A stretch of DNA of 64,000 nucleotides from Chrysomallon squamiferum (taxonomy: Eukaryota; Animalia; Mollusca). The position numbers and the translations under genes were made by a program. The notes under the pieces were generated by a model that was given only the letters and a program-made list of their open reading frames with translations, was not told the origin of the DNA and did no database searches. Shown one piece after another: positions 1 through 63,000 of this stretch; the stretch's first letter is position 1; the number at the start of each line of letters is the position of its first letter. Location: contig CM022667.1 of NCBI GenBank assembly GCA_012295275.1, positions 2,790,001 through 2,854,000 of the forward strand, read 5' to 3'.

Positions 1-164
1 ATAATGTAAGGATGCATGAACGTAATTATACAAAGACAAGGGTGTAAGAGGGTTAACATGCCTTTGTTGGGGTTTGGGGGGTTTTTTGGCTTGCGTTTCC
101 CCAAAACCTTTTACACGCTACCTGCCCACGTGAAGAAAACAGAAGTTTATTGAATTTACTCTAC

Positions 165-48783
<48,619 letters not shown>

Positions 48784-48826
48784 TCCGATCCATTCGTATC
48801 TTAACCTGTTAACACGGCTGACATAC

Positions 48827-48945
48827 CTTATATAGACTCCGGCCGCTAGGTCACGTGACCCCCACCTTAACCCCGATATTCAGATTGGTACAGAAATAAT
48901 GATATCAGTTCACCTGAAGGTTTCCAAAGAATTGTTATCTGATAA
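48827..48945 (-). promoter_or_regulatory. G2 core promoter: TATATAAG (48827-48834), palindromic E-box GGTCACGTGACC (48849-48860), CCAAT (48884-48888), paired GATA sites (48935-48945)
   Basis: Motifs read directly, in canonical order and spacing upstream of the signal-peptide ATG. Confidence 0.7.
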
Positions 48946-49815
48946 AGAAGATTTTCCTATTATAAAAAAAAAATGTTAACATTTTTTTATTTTTATATTT
49001 TTTTTATATTCCATCTTCAATAATAGTAGTAGTATTGTTGTTGTGGTGGTTGTTATAGTAGTTGTCGTAGTAGTTGTGTAATGGTAATAATAATAGTTCT
49101 TCTTGTTGTGGTGGTGAAAATGGTCTGTCCGTAGCCGTCGTTGTTTTTGTTGTCATTATTAATGATGTTGTTGTAGTTGTTTTGTTATTATTTTGCTGTT
49201 GTTATTATTCAATAGTGTAGGTTTTTTTTTATTATTGTTGTAATGCTGTAGCCTGTTATTTTTTTTTTTTCGTTATAGCTGTTGTTTGTAATTGTTCTGT
49301 TAGCTTTTTGTTATTTCATCTTGATCATTAACAGAACATGCAATGTTTTTCAAATGCCATTTCAATAGGTTTTAAAATAGTGGCGGTCTTCTTCCATGTA
49401 ATTTTAATATTGTGGCAGTCCTCTTGCGTGTAATTCAATATATGGCAGTCCTCTCTTAATATTATACTTGTGCTCTTTCGTGTAAATTTAAAATATTGGC
49501 AGTATTATTCCGGTGCTTAATCATTTTGTAGAAATAAAGTATAGGACTTTTTCAATATATTATAGCTTTTGTTTAATTTAATTTGTTTATGTATTTTATA
49601 TTTTCATTTTTTTATTATTGTTGTTGTTGTTGCTGGGGATATCCTTTCTCTGTTTCACGATAAAAAATGTATAACTAAAAACAAACTTAATGAAGTTAAA
49701 AAAAAAAATCTTCTTTAATTGTAAATTACATTCACCTTCATCATGATTGTTATTTTTATCATCATCACCATCATTGTTATTATTGTTGTTGTTGTTGTTG
49801 TTATTATTATTGTTG

Positions 49816-49883
<68 letters not shown>

Positions 49884-50249
49884 TCCAAAACTGTGATGAC
49901 TTTGATATTTTTAATTTCATATTTTGTTGCTGATGTCACTGCTGTCGTAGTTGTTGTAAACGTGTGTTATCAACAGCACCAATATCTTTAATCTTATCAA
50001 GACGTGAACGCCTACGCTGACCAGTTTTTTATTATCACTGACCTCAACAGTGGTCAGGTGCCGGCCAGGAAAAGAATTAATAATAATTTTAAAAAAGAAG
50101 AAATAAAATGACTATATTTAGTTTTATAGTTAAATATAAGCAGACACGTTTATCAAAGTATTTTAATATAAAAAAAAAAAAAGCATATATGGTATATGGA
50201 ACTTGAAGGGTTTTAGATGTTTATGCTTTTCTTAACGTTTTCTTTCTTT

Positions 50250-50289
<40 letters not shown>

Positions 50290-50739
50290 GGAAATATATT
50301 CATTAATATTTTTCTTTTTCTTCTTCTAATTGTTATTATTAGTAGTATAGTTATTGTTTTTGTTGTTGTTGTTGTTGTTGTTTGTGTGGTGTTACATTTT
50401 GTTTACTATTCGTAATCATACATTTTGAGGATCATGAGTGTATGTGAGTATAATTATTATTTAATCACGTTTCTGTCATCTAACTTTAATTTCTCACAAA
50501 ATTCTTCATAACAGAAACACAATTACAAAAACCAAAGAAACAAACTATTGTTTTAAAATATATTTTAATATCATATAATTTTGGTCTCTCATAGATAACA
50601 ATATTTCCCATCAAAACATACTAAACCTCGAGCAACTCTCAAAATCACTCTTACATATAGCAAAAACTGTCTTCTCAGTTAGTTTTTTTATAACAGTTTA
50701 GAGGTAGCACAACCACTTAAATATATTTTTTTCATATTA

Positions 50740-50753
50740 TTTATTTATTTATT
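50740..50753 (-). terminator. Candidate AATAAA polyadenylation signals of G1
   Basis: Overlapping AATAAA 20-33 nt after the stop, but part of an (AAAT)n run. Confidence 0.3.
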
Positions 50754-50772
50754 TGTTTTGTTTCCATGGTTA

Positions 50773-50899
50773 CTACTCCTCTATATACCCTGGAGGATAA
50801 TTTATGACTATCCCCTTAGGGCAGTTGGGAGTTTTGCAGCACTTGCCCGGGGCTGGCTGGTTCAGGGTGCAAACTGGAGGCAACTGCCACACGATACAT
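50773..50899 (-). CDS. G1 terminal exon, C-half + stop
   Basis: CIVWQLPPVCTLNQPAPGKCCKTPNCPKGIVINYPPGYIEE* (TAG TAA). Confidence 0.88.
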
Positions 50900-53800
50900 C
50901 TGTGGGGAAAAAAAAAAAAAAAAAGTTCAAAACGTTTAATAAGAAAATGTTAACTATAAATATCACACGCAAAGCACGGGCAGATCAGGCTCCATACGGA
51001 TATAACACAAACCCAGAACCATCTTAATAAGGATCACAGGACCCTTGACAAAACAAATGTACTGGAACCCCTATATACACAATAACGAAAGATTTACTGA
51101 AACCAAGACATAGAATTAACAGTGTTTCTGCTGGCCCCTTGTCCAGTGTGTCCATGCCTTAAGATTGCCTTGTACAACAAACACGAGATTATAAAGAAAA
51201 ACGCAACACACTTTTAACAGAAATCAGAAAAAAAAAAAAAAAAAAAAAAAATCATTGGCTATATTCCTGTATATAATGCTGTCTAGACGGAGTTAATGTG
51301 CTGTCCATGAGGTATTTAGGATTACGTATATAAGAATGTTATATTTCATTAGATATATGTATGTTCTTTGTTGTTTTGTTGTTGTTGTTTTTTTTTTTTT
51401 TTTTTTAATGGTGACATGGATTATTGTGTGTAGTTCTTATTATTTCATTAAAGTAAACCACGAGATTATTCATTCGTTATCGCATACTTTATGTTTAGCA
51501 AAGATTGCTCGCGAAAAATTATTAATTTCAAAAAAAAGTATTTAGACTGTATGTATCACCAAGGTAACTAAATGAAACAAGAGTGACACTAACTTTTGTC
51601 TACACTGGTATTTCGAGCTCTGCTCGTCCGTGCACGTGCACGTGAAGTCACAGCCGTCACTCCATTTCTCGTTCTGGTGGTAGATCTTTCCCTTGTACAA
51701 ACACCCTGTGCCCGACCCCCCTGAAAAGTAAAATAAGAAGTATGACACATGTGTATGTATATTCAGTCTAATATATCTATATCTATGTTTGTCTGTCTAT
51801 CTCTATAAAAGACACACACACACACATACATACATGCAAACACAGCGACAATCTTCTACATCTATGATGTGTTATGTTAATATAACTAACTACCTGTATA
51901 TTTATCTATCTATCTATCTATCTATCTGTATTGTAGATAATTTATATTAATATTCTACACACTAAGATTTTTTTGTGGCTACATATTGTAAAGTTTGCCT
52001 ATATCTGTCTGTGTTTGTGCTTGCGTATGTGTTTGTGTTTGTGTGTGTGTGTGTTTGTTTGAGTGTGTATGAGTGTATTGAAAATAAAAATTCACCTGTT
52101 CCAACGTGTTGTGCTGTGCAGTCTGGTTTCGCGCAGCAGTCACCTGGAGCTTTCTTTAGTGTACAACCAGCAGGTAGATTGCTGTACGTCTGACACCTGT
52201 CAGTTACAGAACACACTGTCAGACCACGTATATCGCATACATAACACCGTGTTAGATCACGTAGTCACATATAGAACAGTGTGTTGTGTTAGGTCACGTA
52301 TATCAAATAGAGAACAGAGTTAGACCACGTATATTACAGAGAAAAGTGTGTTAGGTCGTGTGTATCACATAGAGAACAGAGTTAGATGACGAATATCACA
52401 TACAGAACAGTCTGTTAGATCACGTATATTACATAGAGATCAGTGTGTTAGATCACGTATATCACATACAGAATATTGTTAAGTATAAACTATGTTAGAC
52501 CGCGATTATCAGATATATATCACATGTAGAACAGTGTGTTATGTCACGTACATCACATGTAGAATAGTGTGTTATGTCACGTACATCACATGTAGAACAG
52601 TGTGTTAGGTCACGTACATCACATGTAGAACAGTGTGTTATGTTACGTACATCAAATATAGAATGATGTATTATATTATATATCAAAGACAGAATACTGT
52701 ATTATGATACGTAAATTGTTACACGATGCATGTCTAGAAAACAACACTTTCTAGATTGCTTATATGAAGTATTTAATGCAGTATTAAGCTGTGCGTATCT
52801 AACGTAGACTATTTTAAAATACGTATCAAATATGGACCATTGTTACGCAAAATGTATCAAGAATTCAACCCTTTGCTTGATGTCGATTAGACCCTTTGCT
52901 AGATATAAGTATCTAGAAAGTCGTATATCATATAACTATAGAAGAATTAGGTCTTATCTCTAAATATAAAACACAGATTCTGTATTTGTGTATTTTTGTG
53001 TGTACGTGTGTTTGAACGTTTGGGAAAGTTTTTCGTATATGTCAACCAGTGTGGTCATTTCTAAGTAATAAAAGATGAAATACCTGCTAATGCACGTGTA
53101 ATATCCGGTTTGACCATTAGTGCACGTGCAGTTATATTCGCACCCGTCCTGCCACTTCTCACTCTGTTTGTAAATTCTACCTTTATAATAGCAACCAGTG
53201 TCTGAAATTTACAATTGAAAATAATAATAATAACTGTAACTGTAAAGAACGGCTACAAAATAAACATAGGGTGCATGTATTAGATTTTCTTGAACTTTTT
53301 AATTATTAGTATAAATATCATTATTAGGAGGTTCTGAATGAAGGAATAAATAGTTTATTAGCATATTATAATTTTATTATACCGAAAATACGTTATTTAG
53401 TTTTATTTTTTACAGTTTTTAATTTATTTTATTTTATATTATTTTATTTACAAGTTACTGTAACAAGTTAGAATCAAATGACACAAATATATATATATAT
53501 ATATAGATTTACACCACACCTATATGTATATGATCTTAATATATATTATTTTATTTTATTTTTATTTAGACATGACAGCTGAAATACAAACTCTGAACGT
53601 CAGTCAGGAACATGAAACAAATTCACCGAGGAGAATCGATCTTGCGACCAAACTGTCCTCAGGTGAGTTTTCACGTGATGATGATGATGATGATGATTAT
53701 GATGTTGATAAAATGTAAATATCTATTTACTCCGCCCAGTAAATGCATCAATGGGGTACTCTGTAAAAAAGCTAAATCCTCCGCCATGTTGATTTCCGCT

Positions 53801-53905
53801 AGGTCCGGTAACTCCAGATCCGCCAACGGTACCACCAGATGTCAGTTGATCTGAAAGTAGGAAAGAGTTAATATTAATTATTTCCCTTCAGATGTTTCAG
53901 TAATC

Positions 53906-53989
<84 letters not shown>

Positions 53990-56900
53990 TACGACTTAAG
54001 CGAAATACTTAACAAGGTTTAATTTATTCACCAGAATCTGAGGTTAAAACAGTTATAAATATAACATTTCTCCACATGAAAAGCGACAGAGAGACAAACG
54101 CACAGACAGCTAAACACGTACCACATAACCCACAGTACTTGGCACAGTTAGTTTTAGCCCACTGCAGGTATGGATCATGACAGGCGTCCTTGCTGTATGT
54201 GTTACAGTTTGTAATTTTATCATGGCAGTTCTGGTTGCCTACATTTATAGAAGAGAAATAAACATTAGGTCATTACCACATGTAAAAACAAAAAGTGTTT
54301 TATTAATTGTGTATCCCGAGCCATATAAAAACTGACCTGCATTTATAAAATGGATGTTTAAAAAATTTGTATTTCTCGCTCTATATTCATTCTTTTATAA
54401 TTTATCAGCATATATACAAAATATCTACCGTTTTCAGTGATTTTACAGGTCTCATTTTTGTAATTCGTCATCATCATCGTAGTCAAATTGATGCTGTGGT
54501 CGTCGTCGTTAGAATTCTGTTTCTTACATCCAGGTTGCTTATAGCTTTATGTGTTTAATACTGTATATAACCGAAATAAAAACTGTAATGAAACTGGGAA
54601 AGTTTTTTCGTTTACCTGATCCAGAAATAGGAGTTGGGTGTCCAATAACTGGAATAGGGGCAGCAGTGGTCTTAGGTACTAAAAAAATAAAACGAAAAGT
54701 CTCTGTTATTCATGAACGTATGTTTCTAACCATTTGTATAATTATTAGGTGAGCCTCACGCCAGATAAGTGATAAATCTTTAAAAAAAAAACTAAAAAAA
54801 TAATAATAAATAACATTAAAATAAATCAACAAAGATTAAATATTTCTACAGAGAGAGAGAGAGAGGTAGGTAGGTAGGTAGGTAGGTAGGTAGGTAGGTG
54901 AGGGACTCTTGTGTACCAGTCAACACAAAGAGAACTAACTTACTTTTTATCAGTCTTTGACGACTTAATACTCAACTTAACTTAACAGTGTCTCTCTGCA
55001 AAGCACTTTGGATTATAGAGCTCTGTGTACAGTAAGGGAGGAGGGGTTGATTATGACTAATCAGTTTATGACTAGATATTCTCTGTGGCAGAGATCCAGT
55101 ACATGACTACATATGTCGTAAAGGGGGATCTAGTCACTATCTTACCTTGACTTTGTCCACAGAAACCGCAGTGTTTTCGACAGTTGTATTCGGCCCACGC
55201 TCGGTAATTTCCGACACAGCCGTCAGGGCCGTAACTGTCACAGTTCGGAAGTCGATCTCTGCATGGCTCGTTAACTGTGCTTCCACCTGTGAACAGCAAA
55301 CACATCAGTGTATTAATGACATATACTGAAGAAGGCATTGTGGTTTTCATTTTCTCTCTGCGTCTGTACGAAATTTAGTTTGTATATGAGTATGCATATG
55401 TGTATGTGTATATATATGCAAAATATACTGTTAGTTCACGGACACAAGTAAAAAATATTGTTATATAATGTATTTTTAAACTTGCAATGAAGAGCACTGC
55501 CACTATGTTAATGTTGTTACGAAGACCGCCATCATGTCGAAATTACAAATTACAATGAAGAGGACTGCCACTGTTAAACAGTATCACGAAGAGGACTGCC
55601 ACTATGTTTATCATTATCTACTTGTTTAAATATGTACAGAAATGGATGTCTCATACATTTAGCATCAGTACAGACGACTATAAATAAGATTTAATATTGC
55701 TGCTGCCAAGTTACTTTTCCTGAGAGAGAAACATTACAGCGTGGGCCTACGTACCACAGAATCCACAGAATTTTGCGCAGTTGTCTTTAGCCCACTTTGT
55801 GTACGGATCCTTGCAGGACCATTTTCCGTACAGATAACAGTTCTGTAGTTTGTCCTGACACGTAGACGTTCCCGTCCCGGTCCCGGGGGTGAAGACTCCG
55901 CTGGGCGAGTTCGTCGTGAGAACGGCAGGGGGAGCACATTCAGCCTTCAGACAGCATCTGTCGTTGGGGTCTGTGATGAGCGTGCAGCCCTGGGGCAGGG
56001 CCGCGTACCGGGGACACCTGGGTAATAATTAATATATTTAAATACTGATCTGGTAACTGAATGAATCCGTGTTTACCTGTTGAGGTTTTTTTTTCTTTTC
56101 GCGACACCTCATTTTGTTTAACGGTTTCCATTATTGATACGTCGAGATATGTTTAAAATGACCGTTATTAAGAATCATATGACGTAACGATCATTAATAC
56201 TAAATGTCAAGTGTATACGTATTAAGTAATTTGAAAGAGAGGAATCGTGCTTCTGGCTTTCAATGGTCTACTCTTATGTATTAGCAGCAAAGCATCATTT
56301 ATATACAGAGAGAGAGAGAGAGAGAGAGACTCTGAAATGAACCAATCATTTTTGAATACTAATGAAAAATAAAAAATATAAAAAATTAAGTCGATTCCAG
56401 CCAAACGTACATTTCATATTATCTATTTTAATTTACATTAATCCTGTAAATGTATTACAATCACAGACGTAATCTAGTCTTACCTGTCAGTACACCTGTA
56501 TTGGCCGGTCATGGCGTTGGTGCATTCGCAGTCGTACTTGCAGCCGTCGTGCCACGTCGTTCCCTGCTGATGGATGTTTCCCTTGTAGATGCACGCGTCT
56601 ACAAATAAAACACACAGCAGCGTTAACTGTATCACGTTTTCACTGTATCCGATGTCACGTAGGCTTACGTCATAAGACATTGTAGGTTAGAGTTCTGTTC
56701 AGATGTGTTTTTGAGTCAACTGCACTGTTTTTAACAATAGCTATTCTGTTGTCTTGTGTCTGATCAGATTCTAAACCTATAATAATCCGTTTTTTGTAGA
56801 AGCTTGTGACATACCAGTTTGATTGTATCACACACAGAAACCAAAATTCTAAAATTCTAAAATTCTGACATTTGAGAACAATAAAGTAAATTTTAAAAAA

Positions 56901-57544
56901 TAACCTGATGTTATTATAAACAAAATATTGTTCTGTGTGTTTTTATATGTACGTGTTCTTTTCTTTTTTTATAAACGAATATTCTGTTGTCTTGTTTACG
57001 TTTGATTCGATTCTGCACACAGACAGTATTACATTAATGTCAAGCTCACATACTTCTGTATCCAGCATTCAGCCCAACGTTGGAGTTCGGAGGTCGACCG
57101 TATCCAACAAAAGATCCAATAAAACCTAGCGGCTGGTAGTTTCCATTGACCACGCCCCCGGGTCCGATGTGGGCCGAGTCACACTCGGGAACTTTACAGC
57201 AGAGTGGGTCCTGGGGGTCGGGCACCATTCTGCAGCCCAGAGGAATGCTGGTGAATTTGGCGCACCTGCACAACAAGAATATTACGTAGGAATAATCAAA
57301 GCAAAGACTGGTATGATGGAAGGAAGGGATTATTTGTTTACAGGCAGTTCAGTGTATATTAATACTGTCGGTTGTTATTAGGAGGATACAATCGATGAGG
57401 TTGTGTTACTGATTAGTAGTAGTAGCTTTCTTTTATATGGTCTTTTCGTGGCATCGGTTGGAGTACTTACTGGAACAGGAAATAACACGAATATAGAGCA
57501 TTTGTTATGATTTTCTATACTGTTAATAAACATATGCATGTATT

Positions 57545-57618
<74 letters not shown>

Positions 57619-59977
57619 ATTGTCAGACAAATTGTAAAAATCCAGTTAATAGAAATATATATGTGTATGTATGTATATTTATATATATATATATATATAT
57701 ATACATAGGTGTCTGTGTGTGCTTGTGTGTCAGTGAGACAGAGAGACACTCAGTAGATAGGCGTGAGTGTCAGACAGACAGACAGACAGACGGACAGAAC
57801 TACAGACCTGTCTGTACACTGATGATAATTGTTCCTGGCATCTTCACACCTGCACGTCAGACTACACCCGTCTTTCCATTCCTCGCCCTGGTGATAGTAA
57901 TACCCGCGATACACGCAGAAATCTGAAATAAATCAACACAAACATCACTTCAGTATATATACCACTAGTCTAACACAACACATTAACAATAACCTAAACA
58001 CATATAAATATGTGTATATATCGAGACAGATTTCAGCTTGGTGGTATTGACAGTAGTAAAATTACATGTCCGAGAATTATACTGACAAGATACAGCACAA
58101 CTATTTAAGCGAGTACATATTCGGTCAAAGACACAAAACTGTTAAAATCCTATATAAATAATCAATTTACTAGTAAGCTGTTTGTGTTTAATCCTGCATA
58201 CCTTGTCCAGGTAAAGGCGTGGTCAGGGCAAAGAGCGGAGGTAACGTTGTGATTTGTTGATTGAAGTTGCAGGTGTAAGTCTGGCAACAGGAGTTCTTCG
58301 GGTCAGGAATGAGGTGACACTGTGGAGGCAGGTTCTGGTACTTAGGACAACTGCAGTAAGTACACGAATATTTAATGTTTATTTTCTCTTCGTATATCAT
58401 GAATGTTAACAGTTATTATAAGCCAACGTAGAGGGACGAATCAGGCCAATAGGCAGATAGATAAATAGATAGGCTGAGACACAAGACACAGATAGACAGA
58501 TACATAGACATATATATAGACATAAAGATAGATACATAGTCTGCGATAAAGACAGACATCTGTAGATACATAGAGAGATGTACACAAATAGGCTGGGACG
58601 ACATGTATAGAGTCATAGATAGATAGATACAAAGACCACGACAAAGACATACACAAAGACAAAGAGAGACAGATACATAGGGACATACAATAATGCATAT
58701 TTCTGTACCGTCCATACACACATACATTTATATGTTTCTTTCTGAGTCTCTGTGTGTGTGTGTATATGTGTCTGTGTATGTCTGTCTGTCTCTGTGTGTG
58801 GTGAAGGTATTTCCGTGTACGTAAGTTCTGCTGTTGTATCACTGATATATATAGAGAGAGAGAGACTGATACATAGATTCTTACATTTCTGTACACCTGT
58901 ACAGTCCTGTAACACCGTCCATACACTCACAGTTGTACTGGCAGCCGTCCGTCCATTTCTGTCCCTGCTGGTGAATGACGCCTTTGTAAGAACAGCCAAC
59001 TGAAATTTAAAAACCAAATTAACGTGAGGACCGTCTACCGGAATGACAGGCGATAAAAAAAAAAAAAAATGAAGGCACACGAAGATCAAAAATGAGACTT
59101 TAGGATTTATTACTACGTGTGTGTGCGTTGCGTGTGCGTGTGTATATAAAACAACATACTTCTAGTTCCAGTTAATGGTGGGTTTGTTCCAGCGTGGACT
59201 GGTGGGAGTGTACCGTACCCACCCATTCCCGGGTAGACGCCCGAACCGACGGGATAAGTAACAGGGCCGTAGCCAGTGAAGGCCGGGCCGTAGTTTGGAA
59301 CAACGACGACGTTGTGGCCTGCGCTGCTGCAGTCGGGAACTTGGCAGCATGGATCTGCTGGTGTGTCCTTCAGTACACAGCCTGTGGGCAGATTGTTAAA
59401 CTTGGCACATCTGAAAATCATGTAATTATAGTTAGATAAAATACACAGATACCTACGTTCATACATACATACATATATATTATCAGTTATTATTGTCCAG
59501 GAGATTCTGTTACTGATTAGTAGGAGCTTTCTTTTATATGTGCTTCTCATGACATCAGTAGGAGTACTGCCTGGAACAGGAAATAACGCAATATATGTAT
59601 GCAAACACACACACACACACAAATATATATTTTTTATGTGTGTATTTGAACAAACACGCGTTTTTACTTCACAGACGTGTAACTTTATATTCTAAAATAC
59701 TATCTGAATATGCGTAAGTGCATGTTACATATGATAAGCTAACTGAAAGTTTTACATATATACATATACATGACTGGGGTTTTTGTTCAGTATTATCTGA
59801 TACAATACCTGGGACTACAACGGAATCGTCCCGACACTCCGTCTTCACAACTACAACTGTACTGACAGGAGTCGTGCCACTGCTGCCCTTGCTTGTACAA
59901 CGTCCCCTTGTACATACACCCGTCTACAAAAACAACAACACAGCAACAGTGAGTGCGTGTCAGATTCTGTCCGCATG

Positions 59978-60008
<31 letters not shown>

Positions 60009-63000
60009 CTATATATCATTTAGATCACGTTATTATACTTACTGAGTTTCTGTGGAACTGGGTACGGCGACTGGGTTGGAATTTGACCTGGTGCGTACGT
60101 GTGTCCGGGTGCAGGAGTGGGGTTGATCATGGGGATGGGCACAGGGTATCCCCCGATGGTGCCTGGCAGGGTCTGCGATCCTACGAAAGTTCCGCCAGGA
60201 CACTGCAAGAACTTGCAGCACTGTCCTGGTATTTTCACTAACTGACAGCTCGGAGGGGTGTTGTAGTACTTGGGACATCTGAAAACATTTTGAATTTCTT
60301 ATAAAATTATAGTTGTGTAAAGGTTGCATTTTAAATGTTAAAGAACGTAGACAAAAATGTTCAAATGTTTATAAACCCATGATGAAATAAGTAAAGAAGG
60401 AAATGGGTGCATATGGTAAATAAATCATGTATTTTAGTTCTGTCGATGGATTTTCGGATAGACGTAAAATTAAAAAACAAAATATATTAAAAATGGTGTC
60501 CTCTAAGAATCGTCAATGTTTCACTACACTACCTTCATGCTTTATTTTTAGCAAAGACTGATATAACTTAAAACGGTCGTTTGTAAGTAATGATATATAT
60601 TTATTTACCCGACTGATATATTTAAACGAGACGCAACTTAAAAACAAAGTAAGTTAACAACCGTTATTTTTAGCAAATATTGACCTTCTCTGATAACTTA
60701 AACGATCATTTGGAAGTTTTGCTCTATGTATTTGATCTATCACAGTTATATTTAAACACATGAGACTACTAAAAAACAATTAGAGAAAAAACAAACTTCA
60801 CTTGGACGTTTGAAATATATTTCACAGCACACTGACGGTAGAAAATACGTTAACGAAAACGTAAAAGAAACCTACTGATCATTACATCTGTAGTAGCCGT
60901 ATTTGGCGTTCTCACAGATACATTCTCCGTTACATCCGTCTGTCCATCTCTGACCCTGTGTGTACTTTGTCCCTTTGTACAGGCAGAAATCTAATAAAAA
61001 ATTAATAATAATAATAAACGTCTGTTATAAAAAATCATGAGAATAAATCGTATTAGCACGCAATAAACCCATTTAACGTCAAGGTAATAATATCATAGAC
61101 GAATCCACAGTTTAAAAAATGGAAAGCGAGTTGTTATTGCAGTTAAATAATTTGACACTTGAAATTATATTTCAATTACGAAGAACTGGTGGCAAAGCAA
61201 AATTCGTTCATTCCTGAAACTCGAATATATATTGATAAAAGTTGAAGTTAGGCGACATTTAAAGTTCCCAAAAGTAACCATCAAGTCACTGAAATGACAA
61301 GCATTTATCTAGAAAAAAAGCACCTAATTAGACTTTATTTGTAAATGTTCCAAAACTACTGTTTAAAGAAAATTATTCCAAATCGAAAACTAAAAAATTT
61401 TCTTTTTACGTAAAGTAACACTCATATAATTATAAGCAGACAGATTTAATCTGTGTGAGTTTTACTGAATGTTTTACCTACAGACGACCTGTCCCAAGGG
61501 TTTCACAAAAAGGACAGTCGGCATGTACTTAATATTAATAACAAAATTACGGGTGTAAAACTTTACTTACCGTTTGGTCCTGGTAGGACTGCAGCGGCTG
61601 AAATCAGAAAGAAATGTGTTTATATACACTCACAGAAAAAATATCAGTAAGTCTAGGTGTGTACGTACTTATGTATTTATGTGTACGTTTGTCCATTAAT
61701 GTAGATGCGTAAAGTTCATTCGTTCATTCATTCATTCAGCGTGTATGTGCATGTGTGTATGTGCATTGCGCATTCCGTGCATCCTTGTTTGATAAACAAG
61801 TGTGTATATTTATCTTGTAAGTGAACTAAATGCTGGTTTAATTGTTAAAAGAAAAAGTAACAATAATAAAAATAAAAATGTTTTTTAAAACTGTTCTTAC
61901 TGCACAAGTTGCAGTGTTTTCTGCAGTTCGCCATTGCCCACTCTCTGAACTGTTTGGCGACGCACGTGTTCTGGTCGTAGGCTCCGCAGTTTGGTAGTAC
62001 ATCCACGCACGGTGGTGGCGTTGTCGGTGACGTCGTTTCTGAAAATTGGTTCAAAAGATAAATGAAGTAATTATGTATTCAGTATTGCCATTTCTGATCA
62101 TAATAACCTAAAATAAATAATATTATCAAGAAAAGATATATTTTAATATGTTATAAGTAGATATGTCAGTTCAGTATTATACAAAGAAATCGAGTCAGAG
62201 ATACAAACATACAGAGACTGAGAAATATATATCAAATTTTCGTGCGCGTGTGTGTACGTACGTATATGTATGTATGCGTATGTATATATGTAATGTAGAA
62301 ATATATGAATACATGAATGTGTAAGCATACATAAAAAAACAAACATAGTGTAATCATTAAACTGTTATCTACTACGTACAGTAACTGTAATCTCTCGTAC
62401 ACGTATTTAAACTTTTAACTACTACGTACAGTAACTGTAATCTCTCATCACACGTATTTAAATTGTTAACTACTACGTACAGTAACTGTAATCTCTCGTA
62501 CACGTATTTAAACTGTTAACTACTACGTACAGTAACTGTAATCTCTCATCACACGTATTTAAATTGTTAACTACTACGTACAGTAACTGTAATCTCTCGT
62601 ACACGTATTTAAACTGTTAACTACTACGTACTGTAACTGTAATCTCTCGTACACGTACTTAAACTGTTAACTACAACGTACTGTAACTGTAATCTCTCGT
62701 ACACGTATTTAAACTATTAACTACAACGTACAGTAACTGTAATCTCTCGTACACATACTTAAACTGTTAACTACAACGTACTGTAACTGTAATCTCTCGT
62801 ACACGTATTTAAACTGTTAACTACAACGTACATAACCTGTACACGGTTAACTACTACGTACATCAATCATCACACGTATTTAAATTGTTAACTACTACAT
62901 ACAGTAACTGTAATCTCTCGTACACGTATTTAAACTGTTAACTACTACGTACAGTAACTGTAATCTCTCGTACACGTATTTAAACTGTTAACTACTACGT

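Noticed and set aside
40-56. gagggttaa as a piggyBac terminus
   Set aside because: Single short motif at the window edge with no partner TIR.
50252-50287. Long T run as a retrocopy poly(A) tail
   Set aside because: G1 retains introns, no TSD or retroelement body is visible, and T/A runs are common here.
54975-55030. ctgcaaagcactttggatt as a SINE or L2-type 3' tail
   Set aside because: Too short, with no recognisable pol III A/B boxes or element body.
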